Origin: Vicugna vicugna
Taxonomy: Eukaryota
Length of the DNA stretch: 64,000 bases
Reading direction: 5' to 3'
Assembly (NCBI GenBank): GCA_013265495.1
Contig: MU058531.1
Coordinates: forward strand, 2,294,911 to 2,358,910
The position numbers were made by a program, and so were the translations under genes. Positions 50,436 to 62,140 of this stretch are shown here, piece by piece; positions within the stretch are counted from its first letter, which is position 1; the number at the start of each line of letters is the position of its first letter. The notes below the pieces were generated by a model that saw only the letters and a program-made list of their open reading frames with translations, had not been told where the DNA came from and searched no databases.

Positions 50436-51719
50436 TATATTTCTTCTTTATCTGACCCACTGGTGTGTGTTGCACAGGGACCTCTGAGCATAGAGCAGCT
50501 CACTGGCTTTCTATGTCATCCCCAACATCTAGCACTGAGTTTGGCATGCAGTAAACTTTTAATAAATATTGTACTACAGAATGAAAGTGAAAATCATGTG
50601 CCCTCCCCAGCGGAAAGGAGAGACATTTCCCTCCCTCCCCAAGCCTTGCACTCTCATTATATTTCCTATTTCTTGGCCATCAGAAACAAAGCTTCCGTAG
50701 ATGGTGCCAGGAACACAGCAGAACACATAGTAAGGGCTGTAAGTAAAGGAGAGAGTCTTTGCTGGGTTTGGTTGGTGAGGGAGGACATGTCTAGGTCTAT
50801 TTAAGCCTATACTAGCACCAAAAGGAGATGTTCTCCCCCCCTCTTTCACGGACATAAATTTTAAGAGGAAGTGCTTCTGTGGGTTTATATTGGCCATCTT
50901 CCCCTTAGATTTGGCAATTTCATTCAATTTCCAGTTCGCACTTCTCAATTTCGTTTAACAGTTTTGTTGAAAAAATGACACTGTTCGGGGTAGCCTGTTA
51001 TTACTACTATTTTCATCAGCATCATCCATTTAGCAAATGGAAGCAGGAAACCCAAATGTTTTTAAATAATTTCTTAAAGTAGTTCATGAACTGCAAAGAA
51101 ACAAATGTAGACACACAAAATGTGTTTGCTTCACAGCCCAGTTCAAGGTTTCAGCTTTCCTTAGCTGCTTATGGAATCTGCATTACTACACACTTTCCAT
51201 TAATTGTAAATTAGACCAGACTAATTCAATAAATGTTTAAAAAATGGCCCCTGAGTGCAGGCTCAGACGTCTAGAGGAAGTGGTTTCTTAGACACCTGCC
51301 TCCCATATATTGACTCGAAGGTATGTAGGTGGAAGGGAGTGAGATAGTTATGATGATGTATGGTGCTGTTGATTAGTTAATTGAAGGTAAAATTTTTAGC
51401 TTCACCAAGCAATTACCTGATCTCATTAAGATCTTTAAAATCACCCAAGTACCATTTTGCCTGAAGCAGCTGTCCCTTGTTTAGCTGTTATTTCAGGCAT
51501 TAAGAAAAACAAAATGCTAATGGTAACCAAGGAATTTAAGCCTGCAATTTCTGGAACATATTGTTCTGAATCTTAGCCATTATTCAGTATTATCTGAACA
51601 TGGGACAGTGAAATATATTTACATTTGTATGGTGTTTCACTTTTCAATAATTTTTAAGTATATCATGTTTATAAAATGTGTATTTCTTAACAAATGAAAT
51701 TGTTTTTTAAAGTATTGAT

Positions 51720-52762
51720 TTAATTTTTATTTTAATTTTATGGAAACTTCTTAGTGAAATATAATTTACATACAAAAAGGTTCACAAATCATAGATGTAT
51801 GGCTCACAAAATGTAGACGCCATGTAACTGGAATTCTTATGATGACATAGAACTATTGGACCCCTAGTAGCACCATTGTACATTCCCATCAGCAATGTAT
51901 GAGGATTCCAGTTTCTCCATATTCACCAATACTGTTGTCTCCCCTCCCTTCTTTCTGTTTAAATTATATTCATCCTTGTGGTGTGAAGTGATATCTCATT
52001 GTGATTTTGATTTACATTTTTCTAATGACTGATGATGTTGAGTATCTTTTCATGTGCTTATTTGTAATTTGTATATCTTCTTTGGAGAAATATCTATTCA
52101 AGTCCTTTGCCCATAAATTGGGTTGTTTGTCTTTTTGTTGTTGAGTTGTAAGTGTTCTTTACCCATTCTGGATAAACTAATTATACAATTTACTAGACCC
52201 TTATCAGATGTATGATTTGCAGATATTTTCTCCCACTCTGTAGATTTTCTTTTCATTTTCTGATAATATCCTTGGACACACAAAAGTTTTAAATTTTGAT
52301 GAAGTCAAATCTATTTTTTTCTTTTGTTGCTCATGCTTTTGGTGTCATATCTAAGAATTCATTGCCAAATCCAAGGTTATAAAGATTTACCTTTATGTTT
52401 TCATTTAAGAGCTTTATGATTTTAGTTCTTATACCTGGGTCATTGATATGTTTTGAGTTAATTTTGAGGTGGGGGTCCAACTTTATTCTTTTGCAGGCAG
52501 ATAGATATCCAGTTGTCCCAGCACCACTTGTTGAAAAGATTATTCTTTCCCCATTGAATGATCTTGGCACCCTTGTCAAAGAACGGTTGGCCATAAATGT
52601 ATGAATACATTTCTGGACTCTCATTTTTATTCCATTGGTCTATATGTCTAACTTGGTGCTAGTACCACACTGTTTTGGTTACTGCAGCTTTGTAGAAATT
52701 TTTGTAATTGGGAAATGTAAGTCTTCCAACTTTGTTTTTGTTTTTCAAGATTGTTTTGGCTA
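51720..52762 (-). mobile_element. Antisense LINE-1 ORF2 and 3' fragments
   Basis: L1 ORF2-like peptides on the minus strand (KRKSTEWEKISANHTSDKGL; LGFGNEFLDMTPKA). Confidence 0.88.
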
Positions 52763-53755
52763 AGGTCTTATTATATGCCAGATACTACTGAAACCTTAGC
52801 ATACATTATGTTAATATAATTTGTGTGAGAATTCTGTAATGTAGATATTAATATCCCTATTTCACAGGTTAAATGATTTGGCCAAGGTTACAGATTTGGT
52901 GGTAGATATACGATTAAAGCTCAGATTATCCAACTCTAGAGCCTACTTTCTTAAGAATTACATATACTGTCTCTGTCAAAGATGAAAGGTCACTGGTGCT
53001 TAATAATGTTGTTTTTTGGGTGTTTTTAAGGTAAATGGCCAGAAATCTGTTTGTGTTAGTGAACATTTTTCAATTGGTAACCCACAATCAGGCTGACCTG
53101 GTTATACTGAGTAGACGACATACTGAAACCCATTTTTCCTTTTACATTTAGTACTTAATTTTAAGGTTTTTGACTGCTCAGTTTTGCATCCTCCTCTGCC
53201 TTCCTCTTTTTGTGATCTTATTTTTTCAGATGGATGTTTTGAGGTTATTTTCTATTTTGAGAAAATTACACAAATCTGATTTATTATCACAACAGCTCAA
53301 AGTGGTTCCTGTTGAAACCTTCCACATTGTCAATACTGTAAGCTTCTGTGATTCTCTTTCACTGGACAGGAAACTACTGAATATGAGTGATGCTTAATAA
53401 TATGTTTTGAACTAAATTGTTGTTGAAAGAAATCTTATCCTTCTTAGATGTGTCAAAGGAAGTATACAAATGAAGATTTTGCCATCATACGTGGGCATGA
53501 CATTAAAAGCAAATACATACTACATATTGTATTGGCAAGCTGTTTCTATATCTTTGATGATTATATATTTTTATTTATTTATTATTCACGTTCAGTAAAA
53601 TTCACTCTTTGCTGTATACTTCCTTGAGTTTTGACAAATACACAATTGTATAACTACTACAACACTCAGGATAGAGAACAGTTCCATCACCCCAAGAAAT
53701 TCTCTCCTCCTCCTGCTGTCCCTTTGTAGTCAATCCCCCTTCTTACCCCCAATCC

Positions 53756-53893
53756 TTTGTGTTGTTTGTTTTATGAGGTGGGGGTAATTAGGTTTATTCA
53801 TTTATTTCTGCTTGGAGAAGGTACCAAGGATTGAACCCAGGACCTCTTGCATGCTCAGCATGCACTCTACCACTTGAGCTACACCCTCCCCCA
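53756..53893 (-). mobile_element. tRNA-derived SINE (camelid-type, long form)
   Basis: ggggtaattaggtttatt...ggattgaacccaggacctc...ctctaccacttgagcta; TSD tacccccaatcc 53744-53755 / 53894-53905. Confidence 0.9.
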
Positions 53894-54311
53894 TACCCCC
53901 AATCCCTGGTAACCACTAATTTGCTCTCTGTTCCTATAGTTTTGCCCTTTTTAGAATGTCATGCAAGTAGGATCATACAGTGTGACGCCTTTTGAATGTG
54001 GCTTTCTTCACTTAGCATAATGCATTTTCGATTCATCCATGTTCTTACTTTTAGCAATAGTTAGTTCCTCTTACTGCTGAGTAGTATTCCATAGTATAGA
54101 TGTGCCATGATTTGTTTATCCATTCACTGCTTGAAGAACATTTGGATTGTTTTCAGTTTTTGGCAATTACAAGTAAAGCTTCTATAAACAGTTGACATAA
54201 AGGTTTTTGTGTGAATGTAAATTTCCATTTCTCCTGGGTTGATACCTGACAATGGGATTACTGAGTTACATAATAAATACAGATTTAACTTAATGAGAAA
54301 CTACCAAACTA

Positions 54312-54751
54312 TTTTTCAGTTTCTTAGAGCTGCTGTAACAAATTACCACAAATTTGATGGCTTAAAACAACAGAACTCTATTTCTCTCACAGTTCTGAAG
54401 GCTTGAAGTCTGAAATCAAGGCACTGGCAGGGCCCTACTCCCTTTGAAGTCTTTAGAGGAGAATCTTTCTCTTCCTCTTCCTAGCACTGATGGCTCCTGG
54501 CAATCCTGGGCATTCCTTGGCTTGCAGTTGAGTCACTTTTATTTCTGTCTCAGCTTTCACATAGTCTTCTTCTCTCATGTGTCCCTGTGTCCTCTCCTCT
54601 TCTTTCATTGGATTTAGGGCTCACCCTAATCAATTATGACCTCCTTTTAGCTAATTATATCTGCAAACACCCTGGTTCCAAATAAGATCATATTCTAAGA
54701 TTCAGAATGGATATGAATTTGGGGGGGGGGACACTTATTCAATCCACTGCA
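54312..54751. mobile_element. MaLR solo LTR (MLT1B/C-like)
   Basis: gctgctgtaacaaattaccacaaa...ggcttaaaacaacagaa...cattggatttagggctcaccctaat...ggggacacttattcaatcc. Confidence 0.85.
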
Positions 54752-55826
54752 GTGACTGTACAATGTTGTATTCCCATCTGCAGTATGTGAACATTCCAGT
54801 TGCTCTCAATCCTCACCAGCACTTATTATTGTCAAAAAAAAACTCAAGAGCCATTCTAATAGGTCAATGGTGGTGTCTCATTGTGGTTGGAATATGCATT
54901 TCTATAATGACTAATAATGTTGAGCATCCTTTTCATGTACTTACTTTCCATTTGTATATCTTCTTTGAGGAAGTGTCTGTTCAAATCTTTTCTCCATTTT
55001 AAATAGTTTGTTTTTTCTTTATTGAGTTCTGAAAATTCTTTATATATTCTGGATGTAAATCCTTCATCAGATATATGATTTGCCAATATTTTCTCCCAGT
55101 CTGTGGCTTCTCTTTTCATTCTCTTAACACTGTTTATCATAGAGCAGAATTTTTAAATTTTGATAAAGTCCAATTTATCCATTTTTTCTTTTATGGCTCA
55201 TGCTTTGGATAATGTAGCTAAGAAACTCTGCCTAATTCAAGGTCATAGAGCTTTTCTTTTGATGTATTTTTCAAACAATAAAGATTTAATTTGGTCAAAC
55301 AGCAAGTTGGCTTGAGAGAAAATGCTTGGGTTCATTTACTGTCATAAAGAGATTAATTCAGTTAAAGTAATTGATGGGTCAGCATTCAAACAATGTATTC
55401 AGGACTCCATCATTATCTTTCAACTCTTCCTTCCTCTCAACACACTCAACACAGAGGCTTCTATCTCAGGCAGGGTCTCTCTTCATAGTCGGCAACTCTA
55501 GGTTTAACAACTTAAGGAGATAGAAGAGTTTTTCTTCCCCACAAGTTGCACCTAAAGCCCCAGCACTTTCTCTCATAGGACTACCTCGGTGAACATTCAT
55601 TTATCTCTGAACTGATCACTATAGCCTGGAGAAGGATTACGATGGTTGGCCAGGTCTTGGTCTTTTCCCCATCCCTAAAGGTAGGGATGAAGAGGGTTCA
55701 GCCCCACCTGAACTGAGAATGGGTAAATGAATTCCTAGAAGAAAACTAGGCAGATCTTAACAGAAAAGGGAACCAAATGATTGTCAGGTAAAAATAACTA
55801 CAACTGGGAAAATGCCCTTTATAATT

Positions 55827-56214
55827 TGCTGTGGACTGAATAGTGTCCTTTTCCCAAATTGTACATTGAAGCCCTAACCCCTAATGTGATGGTATTTGAA
55901 GATGAGGCCTTTGAGAGGTAAACAGATCTAGATGAGGTCGTGAGAGTGGGGTTCTCATGAGAGGATCACCGACCTTACAAGAAGAGACATCAGAGAGCTA
56001 GCTTTCTCTGTCTTTCCCTGCTTTGTCTGCTGTGTGAGGACACAGCAAGATGGTGGCCATCTGCAAATCAGGAAGAGGGGCTTTTGCCGGAACCTGACCA
56101 CGCTGGCAGCCTGATCTCAGATTTCCAGCCTCCAGAATTGTGAGAAAATAGTATCTGTTATTTAAGCCACCCAGCTGATCGTGTTTTATCATGACAGCCC
56201 TAGCAGACTAATAC
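55827..56214. mobile_element. MaLR solo LTR (MLT1A-like)
   Basis: tgctgtggactgaat...tgaagccctaacccctaatgtgatggtatttg...ttccagcctccagaattgtgagaaaata...agcagactaatac. Confidence 0.88.
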
Positions 56215-56279
56215 TCAATGCTCTTTATCAGTTTCCAACACCTGCTGTAATCAACACAACAGCTACCCTTCATTGATGT

Positions 56280-56490
56280 TTCTATATGCCAGGCACTGTT
56301 CCCTGTTTAACATGACTCCAATTTTCCTAACAGTTCTCTGGAGGAAGATACTATTACTCTCATCTTTAGTTCACATAAGGAAACTGAGGTTCAGTGGCCT
56401 TGTATAATGTACCCAAGGTCACATAGCTATTAGGTGGTGGTCTGTGGATCCCCAGCTAGGTCTGTCTGACCTCAGTGCCCTAGTAACCAC
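56280..56490 (-). mobile_element. MIR SINE
   Basis: tatgccaggcactgtt...aaggaaactgaggttcag...cccaaggtcacatagcta. Confidence 0.7.
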
Positions 56491-58488
56491 TATTATATCC
56501 TACTGTCTTTCCCCAGCCTCCCAGCCAGTCAGTCTGCCCTCTTCTACCTTGACCTGACCCTTTCATTAACGTGAGTAAGTTCACCAGGGTGGTGATTTTT
56601 CAGTATTTCAGCCCTTCCCCGGTGATAGACCACCTCTGCCTCCTACTAAGTTCTGGATCCAGAGCCCAGGCAGGTTTCCTGCCCTTTCCCCCATAGCAAC
56701 TAAAGTCTGTTTTTGAATTGGTGGGTGTCTTGGGCCCAACAGAATTTCCTGCCCTCACCCGCAACGAAAGACCTCTGCTTTGTATCAGAGCTGAATCCTG
56801 GGAATAAGAGTGTCTCCTGCCCCTCCTCCAGAGGCAGACAACCATCTTCTTGTCCTCATACAGGCTCGGAATATGAAGGGGCTTCTCCAGGTACTCCTGC
56901 TCCACCCTCAAACCCTGGCAGATGCTGCAGGACTGTACCACCAACAGTAAGGATCTCTCAGGTCTACTGTCTGCTTCCAGTCTTTCTCTGGGTACCAAGA
57001 GGAAACCAGAGGAACTCAGCCTTTAGGAATTTTTCTTCCTACTCAATTTTATGATGATTAACTATTCTTCCCACTCTGCCATGAGAGAAACAGTTGATGA
57101 GTGTTTTCTCTCCTCAGAAGGGCTTGTCATCCTTTGGAATTCAGTCCTCTCAGTTGCTTTGCAGCTCAGTTCTCTGGTGGGCTTGAAAATGATGGTTTTG
57201 TAGATTATCCATCTTGTTCTTGTGGGAGCAGCATTCCCTTAAGGCTTTCAACATTCTACGTAGAAGTAGACTTTTCCAGTTCCAAGCTTAGAAAGATCAT
57301 TTCCAACATAATTGTTAGAAAAATACCAACCTCACAGAGTGTGGAATATGGGGAAGAAGAGATTTGGGGGTCAAATAAGCTTACAAAAGTTGGCTTATCT
57401 TATTCTCTTCTGGATATTTACATGGCACATTAAGATCCTAAAGGCTCTGAGAAGTCTTGCAAAATAGAGAAATGAGTTTAACTTTGTTTAGCAAAGTATC
57501 TTTCACATTTGTTTGATCCAAGAACCCTTTGCTTGTGTAGCACCCATAATTTCCCTGTGAACACAGCCTGGTTTTTATACTTTACTCTTTGGAAACCTGG
57601 AACTATAACAGGAAGCAGAGATTCCCTCAAGATAGTACCAGAATCCCTGTGGGTATACCTGGAACCACAAGCTATTAGATTGGGTAGGGTTGGTGGGTGA
57701 TACTGAGGCACTCAGAAACGGTCTCCATAGGTAGCTAGTGTCTAATCTTGTTTTACTATGACTTCAGAGAGGATACCTGAATGAATGAAACACGAGGATG
57801 AATCACAAAGTCAAAATAAAATATCTGGAACATTAAAGTTCATTCCACTGGCTCTCTCTGACACACCCCACCTCACTTTCTAAAACCAATTGTAAATCTC
57901 TTCCTGGGCACTATGTTTATACAACTTGCTCTGTTGGCTAGTGGTCACCACCCCTGCTACGCTGGGGGTACACCTTGAATACGGAGTACTATTTTGTAGA
58001 AGGGCTGGATGTGAACCTATTCTACAGGCCCTCATGCCAGTTTGAAATGAATCTTCAGCCTCAACTTTAAATGCCTTAGCTTCTGGGCTCCGGTCTGTCC
58101 TGTGAATTTAAGAGTCCCTGCCCACCACCCCTCAGTTACCTTCTCGTTCTTTCAAGTAGCCTAGACATCTGTTGTTTCCATCCTCTTGTATCCTTTTGTT
58201 TCTCCTCTTACCCTCTTTGAAGAACTAACCCCCTTCCATTTCCTATTCAGGTGGTCTGCTAATTGGTAATCGTTGGCAAGGACCAGAGCTGGGATTCAAA
58301 TCTAGAGTCTAATTCCAAAATCTACTTCCATAAAATTACACTAAACTGCTTCTTAGTTCTGAATTGTATCACTTTCCATTTATATAGCGTTTACTTTTTG
58401 TTACTCTGAGTAATGAAATATATTATGGAGTTTCTCCCCAGCCATTTGGATAACCACTATAAGACAACTCTGAGTCAAGAGTTAAGAT

Positions 58489-58580
58489 TGTATATATATA
58501 TATAATATACATGTACATATATACACACATATATACATAATGTATATACATATATTATATACACACACATATATATACAT
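58489..58580. repeat. (TA/CA)n compound microsatellite
   Basis: tatatatatatataatatacatgtacatatatacacacat... Confidence 0.9.
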
Positions 58581-60039
58581 GAAGTTCTCATTTCACAATG
58601 GGGAAAATTTTAAAATCTTAATAGTTTTGGTGGTGGCACAAATTAGGTTCTTTTTGGAAAATAGTGATTTTTTACTCTAAACTTTCTGGTCCTTTCAATT
58701 CCTTAGCTACTTCAGCTACACTGTGGCCGTGAGTGATAATCAGGGAAGCTAACACCTTTTTCAGAAGGCTAGTAGCCTAATTACCTTAGAAATATCAACC
58801 ACAAATCAAGAATTATATCATGACTTAATTGTTCATTACATGAAAATTGTGTGATCCCCTATTTCTTCCATGCCTGTGGTTCTCTCAGTCTAAAAGGTAT
58901 TTAACTAAGCCATCAGGGATAGTGACTATTCACAGCCTAGGCAAGTGTGGGCAAACACCCCTGCAATAATCCACTGGCAACCTCAGAAATGGCTGGCTGC
59001 GAATGAGCCCATAGCACTTAGGCTGGTCCTCCTTATGTGTTTGCTGATACATTTGCAATTTCATGCAGAGTTTTAAACGTTAAGCATTAATCTGAGATGG
59101 GCACTGAAGCATCAATAAAGTCTGCATTTTGCCCTTTTAATGAAAATGCTAGATAGAGATTTAATGTAAAACTAAACATTTGGCTCAATACATTCTACTC
59201 CAGTAAATTAGCTAGTGTTTGTCGTCTTTTTAAAAAACCAGGAGTTGAATGCCTCATTTCACATGGTTTTGTTAGGGACAGATAGAAAGCTGATAAACAA
59301 TCCATTTGTTCTATTACTGCAGCTCCTAGCCACACCAGTGAAGCTAAGCTTCAGTGCTCATTTGCTTTACAAATCTGGTCGTGAATTGGAGTGGCTGGCT
59401 TTTGAACATTTGACTGAAGCAGAGCCTTGACAAGAGTGCTTTCTCAGAGGAACATAGACGAGGCTGTGTGGACAGTAGCCCCAGAGGAGGGGTTCTGAAA
59501 TGACTCAGTGAACCCCAAAGGGGACAGAGCATCAGTGAGCCCTTCCTGCTTGCTGTTGTAGATTTTCACATGCATTTTCCCACAGCAATCACCAGATGAG
59601 GAAACCAGGGCTCAGAGATGAAACTGCACAGCTAGTAAGTGGATTTGAGCCCAGTCACTATACCTCACTGCCTGGCAGTTAGGGACTGCACTCCTCCATC
59701 TCTGCCAGCAGTGCATTATCTATCATCCAAGGAGGTTACCTATGCCACCTCCTCCAGGAAGTCATTGCTGATTGCCTGCTTGTTGACTATCCTTCTTTAG
59801 TGTTTTTATCACACTGTATCTGGGCCTCCATTGTAGCTCTTTGTACGGTCTACCTTTGATTATATCAATTGAAAACCTATCTGACTCCCTGTAAGAGGAA
59901 GGGCTATCTCTCAAATCACCTTTGTAAACACTGTAGGACCTTCCCTCTCAAAGACATTCCACACATGTTCATTGAAATCTTTATAAAATAGATGCTTCTC
60001 CACATCTCAAATCCTGTTTCCAGAACCATGAGCAACACT

Positions 60040-60272
60040 GTGGTGAAGGGGCAGGTCCTCCAGTAGGTCTGCCCGGGTTTGAATCCCAGCTGGATGACCT
60101 GAGGAAGGTTGCAGAGCTTCTGTGAGTTTCAGATTTCTTACTGTACAAAGTAGGGGTAATAGTAGTACCTGCCTCCAAAGGTTGTTGCAAAATGTCAGTA
60201 AGATAAGGCGGGTACAGTGCTTGGAACCATGCCTGGTACACAGAAAATGCTCAGTAAACATTGGCTATTATT
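60040..60272 (+). mobile_element. MIR SINE
   Basis: gggtttgaatcccagct...tgcctggtacacagaaaatgctcagtaaacattggctattatt. Confidence 0.7.
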
Positions 60273-60983
60273 TTTCTGAAAACTGGAGACTGTCTAGCAT
60301 AGCATAGAAACTATGATTTCTCTACAATTTTGAAAACTAACAGAAAGGGAGATTGGATTGAGTAATAGTGAAACTGATAAAGCTGAAGGACCATTTAATA
60401 ATGACCAGTCAGATAAGATTATGGCCAGAGAAATGATTAAGAAAACTCTTGGATTCGTCATGTGCTTGGATCCAATAGTGTACTCTTCAGTTCCAGTCTA
60501 GGATGTGGACATGAGATTTATGTAAGAAAGAAGTATAAGCAACATGTCTAATGCTTTCCAGGAATGTCTTTCCAAATAATTGTGTACCCACTGGCCTAGG
60601 TGTCATATTTTCCAAACCTCCCTGATAAATATGTTATCAGAGAGGCAGACAGAGAGACGTCCACACAGTTCAGAGAGCTGACTGGTAAACCAGGGGGCCA
60701 TTCTGTCCCTTGTTCTGGATAGCTAACTAATGGACTAACTAACCTACTTGCCTGTTTAACACTGTTTGACTCAGGGTGAGCCTCTCAATGTCTCTTTGAG
60801 CCTGAATCTTCTCATAGATGAATATAGGTCAAAATACAGATACCTCCCCTCTATTTTCCTCTCTAGGTCTCAGTTTCCCATTTATCACATGACCAGGCAG
60901 CTTCTCAGTCCCTCCTCTGGCTAATCTTCCATGGCTCTGCCTTTCTCGGGATGCTGTGAAGTCAGTTCAATAGTATTGACTTA

Positions 60984-61250
60984 GGGGGCGGGGGGTGGGA
61001 AGGGACAGACTGGGATTTCAAAATTTGTAGATACTGACAGGCATAGGCAGAATAGATAAACAAGATTATACCGTATAGCACAGGGAAATATATACAAGAT
61101 CTTGTGGTAGCTAGAAAAAAAATGTGACAATGAATATATATATGTTCATGTATAACTGAAAAATTGTGCTTTACACTGGAATTTGACACAACATTGTAAA
61201 GTGACTATAACTCAATTAAAAAAAAGTTTAAATAAATAAATAAATAAATA
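60984..61250 (+). mobile_element. Young L1 3'UTR fragment (related to the 29.5-kb element)
   Basis: gggacagactgggatttcaaaatt...ctggaatttgacacaacattgtaaa...ctcaattaaaaaaaa plus (TAAA)n; TSD unclear. Confidence 0.88.
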
Positions 61251-61701
61251 GTCTCTTAAAAAAAAATTGACCAAGCTGTTGGGGACTTCCTGACCCCTGG
61301 CTCTGCAGGACACCAACCGACTAGAAGAGTTGATGGACACACAGGGAAAGACCGTCTCTCTCTCCCCCGGCAGGAGGACAGCCAGCCGACCAGGGTTTCT
61401 CCTGAGTGACTCCTCAGAAAGGAGAGGGTGGGGCAGCTGGCGATGGCTATGGCTCCCCCTCTCTCCTGGCCACCTGGCCTCTGCTTGCGTCTAACAACTC
61501 TCCCTCTGGGCAGCAAGCAAGTGGCAGGAGGGGCCAGATGCCTGGAGCAGCCAGGCACCTTACAGGGCCCTTGCCCAGACGCAGCACCCTCGCTCTCATG
61601 GAGCCACAGAGGCCACCCGCCGTGAAGGGAAGAGGTGGGCAGGAGGTCTTGCAGCCTAGACTCTCTGGCTCCAGCCAGCTGGAAAGGTCAACAGCTTTCA
61701 G

Positions 61702-61853
61702 CGGAGGTTCCCAAGCCTGGTTTGCACCAGCAGCACCTGCGAGGTGGGCTGTAGACTAGAAATACTCTGATTCAGTAGGTGAATGTAGGCCTGAGCATCT
61801 TATTTTTAACTCCCCTGGGGCTTCTTAGGCACAGCCGGACTTGGGGAATACTG
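61702..61853. mobile_element. MER5-like DNA transposon
   Basis: ggttcccaagcctgg...tctgattcagtaggt...ggcctgagcatcttatttttaac...ttggggaatactg. Confidence 0.65.
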
Positions 61854-61964
61854 TTGGTTTAGGTCACGGGGAGACGGAAGAGGTTAGAGGAGTCTAGCTG
61901 GCAAAACACAGCAGCTCCACCCCACACCCCAGTGGGGTCAGCAGTTTGTAGTGTTCTAGCTCCT

Positions 61965-62140
61965 CCCAGCTGTGCCCCTGGGCGAGTTAACATCTCCAAG
62001 CCTCGCTTATCGTGCCTCTAAAACGGGAATCATGGTGGCGACCTCAGAGTATTCAGGTGAGGGTTAAACAGACAATGCCTACAGAGCACTTGGCAGAGGG
62101 CTTGGCACAGAGTGAGCACTGAAGAAATGTTAGCTCTGTT
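61965..62140 (+). mobile_element. MIR SINE
   Basis: agctgtgcccctgggcgagtta...gcttggcacagagtgagcact...aaatgttagct. Confidence 0.65.

Larger units (their letters stand above)
53565..55250 (-). mobile_element. Antisense L1 (L1M-type) interrupted by a SINE and an MLT1 LTR
   Basis: 3'UTR from 53565; ORF2-like KREATDWEKILANHISDEG on the minus strand. Confidence 0.85.

Noticed and set aside
56600..57711. Cluster of 63-132 aa ORFs in downstream DNA
   Set aside because: No recognisable homology, no ATG start (mostly GTG/TTG), no consistent exon structure.
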